Shown here piece by piece: positions 24,546 through 32,989 of a stretch of DNA of 64,000 bases. Below the pieces are notes generated by a model. That model was not told where the DNA came from, did no database searches, and was given only the letters and a program-made list of their open reading frames with translations. Every line of letters begins with the position of its first letter. Positions within the stretch are counted from its first letter, which is position 1. Origin of the DNA: an uncultured Anaerolineales bacterium (GTDB lineage Bacteria > Chloroflexota > Anaerolineae > Anaerolineales > UBA6663); NCBI GenBank assembly GCA_964480865.1, contig CAYZRP010000008.1, positions 9,080 to 73,079 of the forward strand, written 5' to 3'. The translations under genes and the position numbers were made by a program.

Positions 24546-27488
24546 ATGACGGAACTCATCCACTGCCTGATTGTCTCGCCCCGCCGTCCGGACGACCCAC
24601 GATCGCGCGGGCTGCTGCACGATGCTCACTCGTTGGGCCTCGAAGCCGTGACCCATATCACGGCATCGGATCTGTATTTCATTGAGGGCCCGCTCACCGC
24701 TCACGACCAGGACAGGCTCGTCTCGTTCCTGTTGAGTGATCCTGTGGCAGAGAAAGCGGAGTGGCGCCGCTTCGATCACCCCGCCCACGCGCCAAAATCC
24801 GCCCAACACATCATTGAAGTCGCGTATCGGCCGGGTGTCACGGATCCTGTGGCCGAGCAGATCGTGCGCGGCGCGCACCAGCTCGGCGTCAACGCCGTAG
24901 CCCGCGCGGCCACTGGGTTGCGCTTCGACGTGCGCTCGAAGACCGGCGACCCTGCATTGCTGCATCAACTCGCGCGCGGCCTGCTCGCGAACGCCGTCAT
25001 CCAGCACTACACGCTGGGCGACATCGTGCCGCACTTCCCGGCCGTCGCCCAGAGCACCGACGCCACCGAGACGATCGCGGTGCGCGGCCTCGACGACGCG
25101 GCGCTGCTCGCGCTTTCGCAGGACAGACGCGCGGCCCTCGACCTCGCCGAGATGCGCGCCATCCAGGCCTATTTCGCGACTGAGGGTCGCGACCCGACCG
25201 ACGTCGAGTTCGAGATGATCGCTCAGACCTGGAGCGAGCATTGCGTGCACAAGACGTTCAAGGCGAGGATCGAGGTGACAGGCGACGAAGGACGAACGAC
25301 GAACGACGAAGGTCGGATGGCCGCACAACCTTCGTCGTCCGTCAGTCGTCCTTCGTCTGTTGACGGTCTCCTCAAGACCTACCTCCGCTCGGCGACCGAG
25401 GCGATCAAGGCGCCGTGGGTGCGGTCGGCGTTCGTCGACAACGCGGGCATCCTCGACTTCGACGACGATTTCGAGGTGTCGTTCAAAGTCGAGACCCACA
25501 ACCATCCGTCCGCGATCGAGCCGTTCGGCGGCGCGAACACGGGGTTAGGCGGCGTCATCCGCGATGTGCTCGGCGTGAGCGCGCGGCCGATCGCGTCGAC
25601 TGACATCCTCTGCTTCGGACCGCAAGACACCGAGCCGGCGACCTTGCCGGGCGGTGTGCTGCACCCGCGCCGCGTGCGCTCGGGCGTGGTGGCCGGCATC
25701 AAGGACTACGGCAACAAGATCGGGCTGCCGACTGTCAATGGCGCCATCTGGTACGACCCCGGCTACACCTCGAATCCGCTGGTGTTTTGTGGCTGTGTCG
25801 GGATCGCGCCCAAGGATAAACATCCACGCACGCCACAATCCGGCGACCGCGTCATCGTCCTCGGTGGTCGGACGGGGCGCGACGGCCTGCGCGGCGCGAC
25901 GTTCTCGTCGATGACCATGGACGCGCAGACCGGCGAGGTCGCCGGCGCATCGGTGCAGATCGGCGACCCGATCGTCGAGAAGGGCCTGATCGAAGTCATC
26001 GTGCGCGCCCGCGACCTCGGGCTGTACCACGCCATCACCGACTGCGGCGCAGGCGGGCTCTCGTCGGCGGTGGGCGAGATGGCGTCGGGCTGCGGCGCCG
26101 ACGTCGACCTGGCGACGGTGCGACTGAAGTACGCGGGCCTCGCGCCCTGGGAGATCTGGCTATCGGAGGCGCAGGAGCGCATGGTGCTGGCCGTGCCGCC
26201 CGACTCGCTCCCAGCCCTGCAATCCATCTGCGCGACGTTCGACGTCGAACTGACGGACATCGGCGTTTTCAATGAGAGCGGCCGGTTGCGCGTGGCGTAC
26301 GGCTCGAAACCCGTGCTCGACCTCGCGAACGATTTCCTGCACGACGGCATCCCGCAGCGCCAACTCAGAGCGACCGTCAACGCCGCGTCACCGCGCGCGG
26401 CGACGACAGGCGTTACCCCTGCGGGCGTCTCCTACGGCCAGTTGCTGCTGCGGCTGCTGCGTGACGCGAACATCGCCACAAAGGCTGATGTCATCCGGGT
26501 CTACGACCATGAGATCCTGGGCGGCACCATCGTCAAGCCGCTGACCGGCGTGCAGCACGACGGTCCGGCGGACGCATCCGTCATCAAGCCAACCGGCACG
26601 GCGGGCACACGCGGCATCGTCCTGAGCAATGGGCTCAATCCGGACTTTGGCAAACTCGATGCGTACCGCATGGCCTGGAGCGTCATCGACGAGGCGATCC
26701 GCAACGCCGTCGCCGTCGGTGCCGATCCGAGCCGCATCGCCATCCTCGACAACTTCTGCTGGGGCGATCCGACCCGGCCGGAGACCCTCGGCAGTCTGCT
26801 CGAAGCCGCGCGTGGTTGCCACGACGCCGCCGTGTTCTATGGCACGCCCTTCATCTCCGGCAAGGACTCGCTCAACAACGAGTACCTGGGCACGGACGGG
26901 AAGCGCCACGCGATCCCGCCGACGCTGCTCATCTCTGCCATCGGCCTGATCGACGACGTCCGTTCCGCCGTCACCAGTGACCTCAAGGCCGCGGGTCATC
27001 ACCTCTTCCTGATCGGCGACACCCGCGACGAACTGGGGGGCGCGCATGTTTGGAAGACTTTGAGAGAGACGCGGGAAGAGGGAGAAGAGAGGGGCGCCGT
27101 GCCGGGGCCGGTGGAAGGGGCCTTGGCGCTCTATCGGGCATTGCACAGTGCGATCACGCAGGGCCTGGTGGCGAGTTGCCATGACCTGAGTGAAGGCGGG
27201 CTGGCGGTAGCGGCAGGTGAGATGTGCATCGGCGGACGGCTGGGGCTGGCGTTGACGCTGCCTGACGGTGAGCCGTTCGTGCAACTGTTCAGCGAGTCGA
27301 ATGGGCGGTTGTTGGTCGAGGTGGCGCCCGCACATCTGGATGCGTTCGTCGCTCTATTCGAGAGCCTGCCTGTGAAACAACTGGGTCTGATCACCGACTC
27401 GGGCCGGTTGACGATCTCAACCCGCGCCGAGGTGATCGTCGATGTGCAGGTGTCGGACATGGTGAAAGCATGGACCAACCCGGCCTGA
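24546..27488 (+). CDS. purL: FGAM synthase subunit PurL with two N-terminal PurS-like domains (PurS-PurS-PurL fusion)
   Basis: 980 aa, versus about 740 for small PurL as I recall it. Residues ~3-75 and ~88-160 each look PurS-like: ...FLLSDPVAEKAEW, and EVAYRPGVTDPVAEQI...LLANAVIQHYTL. PurL core motifs include TWSEHCVHKTF, ETHNHPSAIEPFGGA and SGKDSLNNEY. Confidence 0.9.
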   Translation: MTELIHCLIVSPRRPDDPRSRGLLHDAHSLGLEAVTHITASDLYFIEGPLTAHDQDRLVSFLLSDPVAEKAEWRRFDHPAHAPKSAQHIIEVAYRPGVTDPVAEQIVRGAHQLGVNAVARAATGLRFDVRSKTGDPALLHQLARGLLANAVIQHYTLGDIVPHFPAVAQSTDATETIAVRGLDDAALLALSQDRRAALDLAEMRAIQAYFATEGRDPTDVEFEMIAQTWSEHCVHKTFKARIEVTGDEGRTTNDEGRMAAQPSSSVSRPSSVDGLLKTYLRSATEAIKAPWVRSAFVDNAGILDFDDDFEVSFKVETHNHPSAIEPFGGANTGLGGVIRDVLGVSARPIASTDILCFGPQDTEPATLPGGVLHPRRVRSGVVAGIKDYGNKIGLPTVNGAIWYDPGYTSNPLVFCGCVGIAPKDKHPRTPQSGDRVIVLGGRTGRDGLRGATFSSMTMDAQTGEVAGASVQIGDPIVEKGLIEVIVRARDLGLYHAITDCGAGGLSSAVGEMASGCGADVDLATVRLKYAGLAPWEIWLSEAQERMVLAVPPDSLPALQSICATFDVELTDIGVFNESGRLRVAYGSKPVLDLANDFLHDGIPQRQLRATVNAASPRAATTGVTPAGVSYGQLLLRLLRDANIATKADVIRVYDHEILGGTIVKPLTGVQHDGPADASVIKPTGTAGTRGIVLSNGLNPDFGKLDAYRMAWSVIDEAIRNAVAVGADPSRIAILDNFCWGDPTRPETLGSLLEAARGCHDAAVFYGTPFISGKDSLNNEYLGTDGKRHAIPPTLLISAIGLIDDVRSAVTSDLKAAGHHLFLIGDTRDELGGAHVWKTLRETREEGEERGAVPGPVEGALALYRALHSAITQGLVASCHDLSEGGLAVAAGEMCIGGRLGLALTLPDGEPFVQLFSESNGRLLVEVAPAHLDAFVALFESLPVKQLGLITDSGRLTISTRAEVIVDVQVSDMVKAWTNPA
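25284..25357. repeat. GACGAAN-heptamer hairpin element, copy B, in frame inside purL
   Basis: gacgaaggacgaacgacgaacgacgaaggt-cggatggccgcaca-accttcgtcgtccgtcagtcgtccttcgtc. It is translated as DEGRTTNDEGRMAAQPSSSVSRPSS. The loop core ATGGCCGC.CAACC is shared with copy D. Confidence 0.8.
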
Positions 27489-27982
27489 CGATCCGACACG
27501 CCAGCGAGGACGATGCCGAGATGTGGCTTGCGCTCGCGCGGCGCATCGACGACGAGACACGCTTCATGATGTTCGAGCCCGGCGAACGCGTGACGACTGT
27601 CGAAGAGCAGCGTTCTCGCTTTCGCGCGATGAAGGCGACGGGCAACCAGGTCATGTTCGTGGCCGAGGTCGGTGGCGAACCGGTGGGTTACCTCGGCGCG
27701 ATGGGCGGGCATTTCAACCGGACCCGGCACAAGGTGTACGTCTTCGTCGGCATCCGCGAGGGCTTTCAGGGCCAGGGCATCGGCACGGCACTCTTCACCG
27801 AGTTGGAGGTCTGGGCCCGCAGTTGGGGCGCGCATCGGCTCGAACTGACCGTGATGCCGCACAACGCCGCCGGGCTCGCGCTGTACAAGAAGATGGGCTT
27901 CGACATCGAGGGCACGTCGCGACAGAGTCTTTGCGTCGACGGCGTGTATGTGGACGAGATCATGATGGCCAAGATCCTATGA
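27470..27982 (+). CDS. GNAT-family N-acetyltransferase embedded between purL and purQ
   Basis: Motif A FQGQGIGTALFTELEVWA. The start overlaps the purL 3' end by 19 nt, and the stop overlaps the purQ ATG (ATGA). Confidence 0.8.
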   Translation: MDQPGLTIRHASEDDAEMWLALARRIDDETRFMMFEPGERVTTVEEQRSRFRAMKATGNQVMFVAEVGGEPVGYLGAMGGHFNRTRHKVYVFVGIREGFQGQGIGTALFTELEVWARSWGAHRLELTVMPHNAAGLALYKKMGFDIEGTSRQSLCVDGVYVDEIMMAKIL

Positions 27983-28761
27983 CGACACCGCGCGCCTTGA
28001 TCCTGCACGCTAACGGCACCAACCGGGACGGCGACGTCGCGGAGGCGCTGCGCCTCGCCGGCGCTGAGCCCGAGATCGCGCACCTCAACACCCTGCGACA
28101 AGACGGGCGTCCCTGGGCCCAGTACCAGATGCTCGTGCTGCCGGGCGGCTTCGCCTATGCCGACGCGCTCGGCGCAGGCCGGCTGATGGGCCTCGACCTG
28201 CGCACGTACTTCGCCGACGAGATGGCGGCCTTCATCGAGAGCGGCAAGCCCGTGATCGGGATCTGCAATGGCTTCCAGACTCTTGTCAAAGGTGGCTTTC
28301 TGCCGGGGCTCGATGCCGACCATGGTCGTCCTTATGCGACGTTGACCTTCAACGCCAGCGGGCACTTCGAATGCCGCTGGGTCACGCTGCGAGCGCGCTC
28401 GCGCCACTGTCTGTGGACACGTGGCCTGAGCGAGTTGATCGATTGCCCGATCGCTCACGGAGAAGGCAACTTCACGCTGGCCAACCCATCGCTGCTGGCG
28501 GATCTCAACGTCGACGATCAGATCGCGCTGGTCTATGCGCGACCCGATGGCGGGCCGGCCGACGAGCGCTATCCGGATAACCCGAACGGCTCGATCGCCG
28601 ACATCGCCGGCGTGTGCAATCCGGCCGGCAACGTCCTCGGCCTGATGCCTCACCCGGAGAACCACATCTACTCTCACCAACATCCGCACCACACCCGTGG
28701 CTTTGCGGGTCGCCTCGGCCTGGCGCTGTTCCAGAACGGCGTGAAAGCGACGGGAGCGTAG
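27979..28761 (+). CDS. purQ: FGAM synthase glutamine amidotransferase subunit PurQ
   Basis: Start at MTTPRALILHANGTN within listed ORF 27523..28761. Catalytic GICNGFQ, and a C-terminal HGEGNF...MPHPE triad region. Confidence 0.9.
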   Translation: MTTPRALILHANGTNRDGDVAEALRLAGAEPEIAHLNTLRQDGRPWAQYQMLVLPGGFAYADALGAGRLMGLDLRTYFADEMAAFIESGKPVIGICNGFQTLVKGGFLPGLDADHGRPYATLTFNASGHFECRWVTLRARSRHCLWTRGLSELIDCPIAHGEGNFTLANPSLLADLNVDDQIALVYARPDGGPADERYPDNPNGSIADIAGVCNPAGNVLGLMPHPENHIYSHQHPHHTRGFAGRLGLALFQNGVKATGA

Positions 28762-28809
28762 AGCGTAGAGCGTGGAGCGTGGAGCGTAGAGCGTGGAGCG
28801 TGGAGCGTG
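28754..28809 (+). repeat. Tandem heptamer array (GAGCGTR)x8
   Basis: gagcgta gagcgta gagcgtg gagcgtg gagcgta gagcgtg gagcgtg gagcgtg. The first unit contains the purQ stop TAG (28759..28761). Confidence 0.85.
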
Positions 28810-28829
28810 ATTGAGACGGCGGACGACGA

Positions 28830-28882
28830 GACTACCTGACTACCTGACTACTTGACTACTTGACTAAACGACTAACCGACTA
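28830..28882 (+). repeat. Tandem octamer array (GACTAMYY)x6.5
   Basis: gactacct gactacct gactactt gactactt gactaaac gactaacc gacta. It runs directly into the purC ATG at 28882. Confidence 0.85.
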
Positions 28883-29835
28883 TGTTATCTGTTGAAGAGA
28901 TTACGCAGGCCTTGCCGCTCGCGCTACGCGAGACGCATCTGGGTTTGCCCGGGCGCGGCGAAGGCAAGGTGCGGGAGTGGTACACGTTGCCGAACGGTCG
29001 GCGGTTGATTGTCACGACCGACCGGCTGTCGGCGTTCGACAGGATCCTGGCGGCCGTGCCCTACAAAGGCCAGGTGCTCAACCAACTGTCGGGCTGGTGG
29101 TTCGAGCAGACCCGAGATCTGGTCGACAACCACCTGATCGCCCTCCCCGACCCGAACGCGGCCCTCGTACGGGCCGCGTCTCCCTTTCCGGTCGAGGTGA
29201 TCGTCCGCGGCTACATCACGGGCGTCACGGGCACCGCCCTGTGGCGGCGCTATGAGCTCGGCGAGCGCGAGATCTACGGCCATCGGTTCGGTGAAGGCCT
29301 GCGCAAGAACCAGGCGTTGCCCAAGCCGATCGTTACGCCCACGACGAAGGGCGGAGCCAGCGGCCATGACGAGCGCCTGACCTGCGCCGAGGTGGTCGAG
29401 CAGGGCCTGATCGACGCGACCACCTGGGACGCGATCATGACGGCCGCGCTGGCGGTGTTCAAACGCGGTCAGGCGCTGGCCGCCCAAGCGGGCCTGATCC
29501 TGGTCGACACCAAGTACGAGTTCGGCAGGGCCGCGGATGGGAGCCTGCTGCTCATCGACGAAGTGCATACGCCAGACTCCTCGCGCTACTGGTTGGCCGA
29601 CAGCTATGCCGAGCGACTCGAAGCCGGCCTTGAGCCCGAGAACTACGACAAGGAGTTCGTGCGTCTGGCCTACGCCGCGAAGGGCTATCGCGGCGAAGGC
29701 GAACCGCCCGTGATGGACAACTCGCTCTGGGTCACGGCAGCCCAAAGGTACATCAATATCTACGAACGTCTGACCGGCCTGACGTTTGAGCCTGCACCCT
29801 ATCCAGCTGAAGAAAGGATGGCGCGACTGCCGTGA
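28882..29835 (+). CDS. purC: SAICAR synthetase (long form)
   Basis: 317 aa. Matching segments: GKVREWY, VTTDRLSAFDRIL and LILVDTKYEFG. Confidence 0.9.
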   Translation: MLSVEEITQALPLALRETHLGLPGRGEGKVREWYTLPNGRRLIVTTDRLSAFDRILAAVPYKGQVLNQLSGWWFEQTRDLVDNHLIALPDPNAALVRAASPFPVEVIVRGYITGVTGTALWRRYELGEREIYGHRFGEGLRKNQALPKPIVTPTTKGGASGHDERLTCAEVVEQGLIDATTWDAIMTAALAVFKRGQALAAQAGLILVDTKYEFGRAADGSLLLIDEVHTPDSSRYWLADSYAERLEAGLEPENYDKEFVRLAYAAKGYRGEGEPPVMDNSLWVTAAQRYINIYERLTGLTFEPAPYPAEERMARLP

Positions 29836-29905
29836 ATGGTGAAGCTAACTTCCAGAGGATGGGTTAATCAACTCATCACCCTTCACCTCCTCGCCACAAC
29901 CACCT

Positions 29906-30403
29906 ATGACCCTCGTCGGCATCATCATGGGTTCGCAGTCGGATTGGGAGACGATGCAGCATACGGCGGCGACGCTCGAAGCGCTGGGCGTGCCGCACGA
30001 AGTGAAAGTCGTTTCGGCGCATCGAACCCCTGACCTGCTCTTCGAGTACGCCGGATCCGCCGAGGCACGCGGCCTCGAGGTGATCATCGCCGGCGCCGGC
30101 GGCGCGGCGCACCTGCCCGGGATGTGCGCGGCCAAGACGGCCCTGCCCATCCTCGGCGTACCGGTGCAGTCGAAAACGCTGAATGGCCTTGACTCGCTGC
30201 TCTCGATCGTACAGATGCCGGCCGGTGTGCCCGTCGGGACACTGGCCATCGGGCGCGCCGGCGCGATCAATGCCGCGTTGCTGGCGACCGCCATCGTGGC
30301 CAACACGCATCCCGAGTTCAAGGCGGCGCTCAACGAGTTTCGTCGACGCCAGACGCAGAGCGTGCTGGATCAGCCTGATCCGCGTCGCGGAGCAGCCGCG
30401 TGA
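29906..30403 (+). CDS. purE: N5-CAIR mutase
   Basis: [12 protein letters not shown] and [10 protein letters not shown] motifs. Followed by purK. Confidence 0.92.
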   Translation: MTLVGIIMGSQSDWETMQHTAATLEALGVPHEVKVVSAHRTPDLLFEYAGSAEARGLEVIIAGAGGAAHLPGMCAAKTALPILGVPVQSKTLNGLDSLLSIVQMPAGVPVGTLAIGRAGAINAALLATAIVANTHPEFKAALNEFRRRQTQSVLDQPDPRRGAAA

Positions 30404-31512
30404 TACGTCTGGGCATCGTCGGCGGTGGCCAGCTCGGTCGGATGCTGGCGTTGGCCGCCGCGCCGCTCGGCGTGCGCTGCCGCGTGTTGGAGCCGGGGCA
30501 TGAACCATCGGCGGCTGTAGCGGCCGAGGTCGTGCCGCTCGGCTACGACGATCTTGCGGGCCTCGAAAAGTTGGCTCAGGATGTCGACGTCGTGACGTTC
30601 GAGTTCGAAAACGTCCCGGCCGACTCGGTGGCCTGGCTTGGCGCGCACGTGCCGGTGTACCCAAGTGCGGCCGCACTTGCCACGGCTCAGGATCGGGCCG
30701 AAGAGAAAGCTCTGTTCAGTCGACTCGGGATCCCGATTCCACCGATGAGGCTCGTTTCGTCTGAGGCTGATCTGCACGCCGCGGTCATCGAGATCGGATC
30801 GCCAGCCGTGCTCAAGACGCGCCGGCTGGGTTACGATGGCAAGGGCCAGGTCGTCCTGCGCTCGTCCGACGACGTCGCTGGCGCCTGGGCCGCGATCGGC
30901 GCTGCGCCGGCAATCCTGGAGGCTTTCGTGGCGTTCGATCGCGAGTTATCGATCGTATCGGTTCGCGGCCGCGACGGTGCAATGGCCTTCTACCCAGTAG
31001 CCGAAAATCATCATCGCGATGGCGTCCTGCGCCGGTCTCTGGCGCCAGCGCCCGGCTGGACAAGCGGACTGCAACGTCAGGCCGAGGCGCTCGCCCGAAA
31101 GCTGCTTGATACGCTGGAGTACGTCGGTGTGCTGGCGATCGAACTGTTTCAGATCGGCGACACCCTCATGGCAAACGAGATGGCGCCGCGCGTCCACAAC
31201 TCGGGCCATTGGACCCAGGATGGGGCTGTCACCAGCCAGTTCGAGAACCACGTGCGCGCCGTCCTGGGTTGGCCGTTGGGCGACACGGCCGCCCGCGGTG
31301 CTTGCGCCATGATCAACCTGATCGGCTCGGCGCCATCTCACGCGGATGCGCTCCGGCTGCCCGGAACACATCTTCATCTATACGACAAAGCTCCGCGCCC
31401 CGGCCGCAAGCTGGGGCACATCAACGTCTGTGCGGCCGATGAGGCTGAACGCCAGGACCTCATCGCGCGCATCGAGGCCTTGATCCATCCGACCCCGACG
31501 GAGGAGTCATGA
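30400..31512 (+). CDS. purK: N5-CAIR synthetase
   Basis: ATP-grasp protein: [21 protein letters not shown] and [11 protein letters not shown]. 4-nt overlaps with purE and purF. Confidence 0.9.
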   Translation: MIRLGIVGGGQLGRMLALAAAPLGVRCRVLEPGHEPSAAVAAEVVPLGYDDLAGLEKLAQDVDVVTFEFENVPADSVAWLGAHVPVYPSAAALATAQDRAEEKALFSRLGIPIPPMRLVSSEADLHAAVIEIGSPAVLKTRRLGYDGKGQVVLRSSDDVAGAWAAIGAAPAILEAFVAFDRELSIVSVRGRDGAMAFYPVAENHHRDGVLRRSLAPAPGWTSGLQRQAEALARKLLDTLEYVGVLAIELFQIGDTLMANEMAPRVHNSGHWTQDGAVTSQFENHVRAVLGWPLGDTAARGACAMINLIGSAPSHADALRLPGTHLHLYDKAPRPGRKLGHINVCAADEAERQDLIARIEALIHPTPTEES

Positions 31513-32915
31513 CCGATCATCCCCAACATGAATGCGGCGTGCTGGGCATCTACGCGCCGAACGAGGACGTTGCCCGGATGGCGTTCTTCGGTCTGTATGC
31601 CCTGCAGCACAGAGGCCAGGAGGCCGCTGGCCTGGCGGTCAGTGATGGCCACGCCATCCGACTGCACAAAGATGTTGGCCTTGTCTCACAGGTCTTCACG
31701 CCGACCAATCTGGCGCCGATGAGCGGAAACTTCGCCATCGGACACACACGCTATTCGACGACCGGCTCATCGAATGCGCGCAACGCCCAGCCCTACGTCA
31801 TCGAGACCATCCACGGCCCCGTCGGGCTCGCGCACAACGGCAACCTGCTCAACACGGCTGAATTGCGCCGTGGGTTACTGGCTCGAGGCATCGGGCTGCA
31901 GGCCGGATCCGACAGCGAAGTCATGATCATGATGCTGGCCGGCGCCCAGGGAGACACCTGGGTCGACCGCATCCAGGACACGATGCCAAAATGGCGCGGC
32001 GCCTACTGCCTCGCGATCCTGACCAACGACGGCGTCTTTGCCGTGCGCGACCCGTGGGGCTTTCACCCGTTGAGCGTCGGCCGCCTGCCCAATGGCGGCC
32101 ACGTCGTCGCCAGCGAGACCGGCGCGCTGCACACGCTCGGCTGCCAGGCGATCCGCGAGGTCAAGCCGGGTGAGATCGTGGCGCTGACCGACAGCGCGTT
32201 GCGCGTGCGGCAGGCGCTGCCGGCGGAGAAGCAACTCGCGCGCTGCACGTTCGAGCACATCTACTTCTCGCGACCCGACAGTTTCTGGGATGGGCTCAGC
32301 ACGCACCAGGTGCGCCAGCGGCTGGGCGAGGAACTCGCGCGCGAGGCGCCGGCCGACGCCGACGTCGTCATCCCCGTGCCCGACTCGGCCACACCGGCCG
32401 CCATCGGCTACTCTCAGACCAGCGGCATCTCCTACAACGATGGCTTCATCAAGAACCGCTACATCGGCCGGACCTTCATTCAGCCGACGGACTCCCTTCG
32501 CAAGCAAGGCGTCGCGCTGAAGTTCCTGGCGCTCGAGGAGAACCTGCGCGGTCAGCGCGTGATCGTGATCGACGACAGCATCGTTCGCGGCACGACCTCC
32601 GGCCCGCTCGTGCGGTTGCTGCGCGAGGCCGGCGCGCGCGAGGTCCACATGCGCATCACCTGTCCGCCGATCGCGCACCCGTGCTTCATGGGCGTCGACA
32701 TGGGCACTTACAACGAGCTGATCGCCCATCGGCTCACGATCGACGAGATCCGCGATCACATCGACTGCGACAGCCTGCACTATCTCTCGATCAACGGCAT
32801 GATGAACGCGCTCGGTCGGACGGGTGGCTACTGCAACGCCTGCTTCACCGGCGTCTATCCGCTCGACGTCGACCCGAGCCAGACCAAGACCGGGTTCGAA
32901 CGATCGATCGCTTGA
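31509..32915 (+). CDS. purF: Amidophosphoribosyltransferase
   Basis: N-terminal propeptide followed by the nucleophile (HECGVLGIY), HTRYSTTG, and the PRPP loop VIVIDDSIVRGTT. Confidence 0.92.
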   Translation: MTDHPQHECGVLGIYAPNEDVARMAFFGLYALQHRGQEAAGLAVSDGHAIRLHKDVGLVSQVFTPTNLAPMSGNFAIGHTRYSTTGSSNARNAQPYVIETIHGPVGLAHNGNLLNTAELRRGLLARGIGLQAGSDSEVMIMMLAGAQGDTWVDRIQDTMPKWRGAYCLAILTNDGVFAVRDPWGFHPLSVGRLPNGGHVVASETGALHTLGCQAIREVKPGEIVALTDSALRVRQALPAEKQLARCTFEHIYFSRPDSFWDGLSTHQVRQRLGEELAREAPADADVVIPVPDSATPAAIGYSQTSGISYNDGFIKNRYIGRTFIQPTDSLRKQGVALKFLALEENLRGQRVIVIDDSIVRGTTSGPLVRLLREAGAREVHMRITCPPIAHPCFMGVDMGTYNELIAHRLTIDEIRDHIDCDSLHYLSINGMMNALGRTGGYCNACFTGVYPLDVDPSQTKTGFERSIA

Positions 32916-32975
32916 TTGCTGATTGATGATTGCTGATTGAACGCCAATCAGCAATCAGCAATCTTCAATCAGCAA
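32913..32975. repeat. TGATTGC-heptamer hairpin at the purF-purD junction
   Basis: tgattgc tgattga tgattgc tgattga - acgcc - aatcagc aatcagc aatcttc aatcagc aa. The first heptamer contains the purF stop codon. Confidence 0.85.
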
Positions 32976-32989
32976 TTGAATGGGGCCGC

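Noticed and set aside
28754-28809. TRAP-like (G/U)AG repeat RNA-binding site in the GAGCGTR array.
   Set aside because: The GAG and UAG triplets are spaced by 4 nt or overlap, whereas I recall known TRAP sites having 2-3 nt spacers. There is no evidence of a TRAP homologue in the window.
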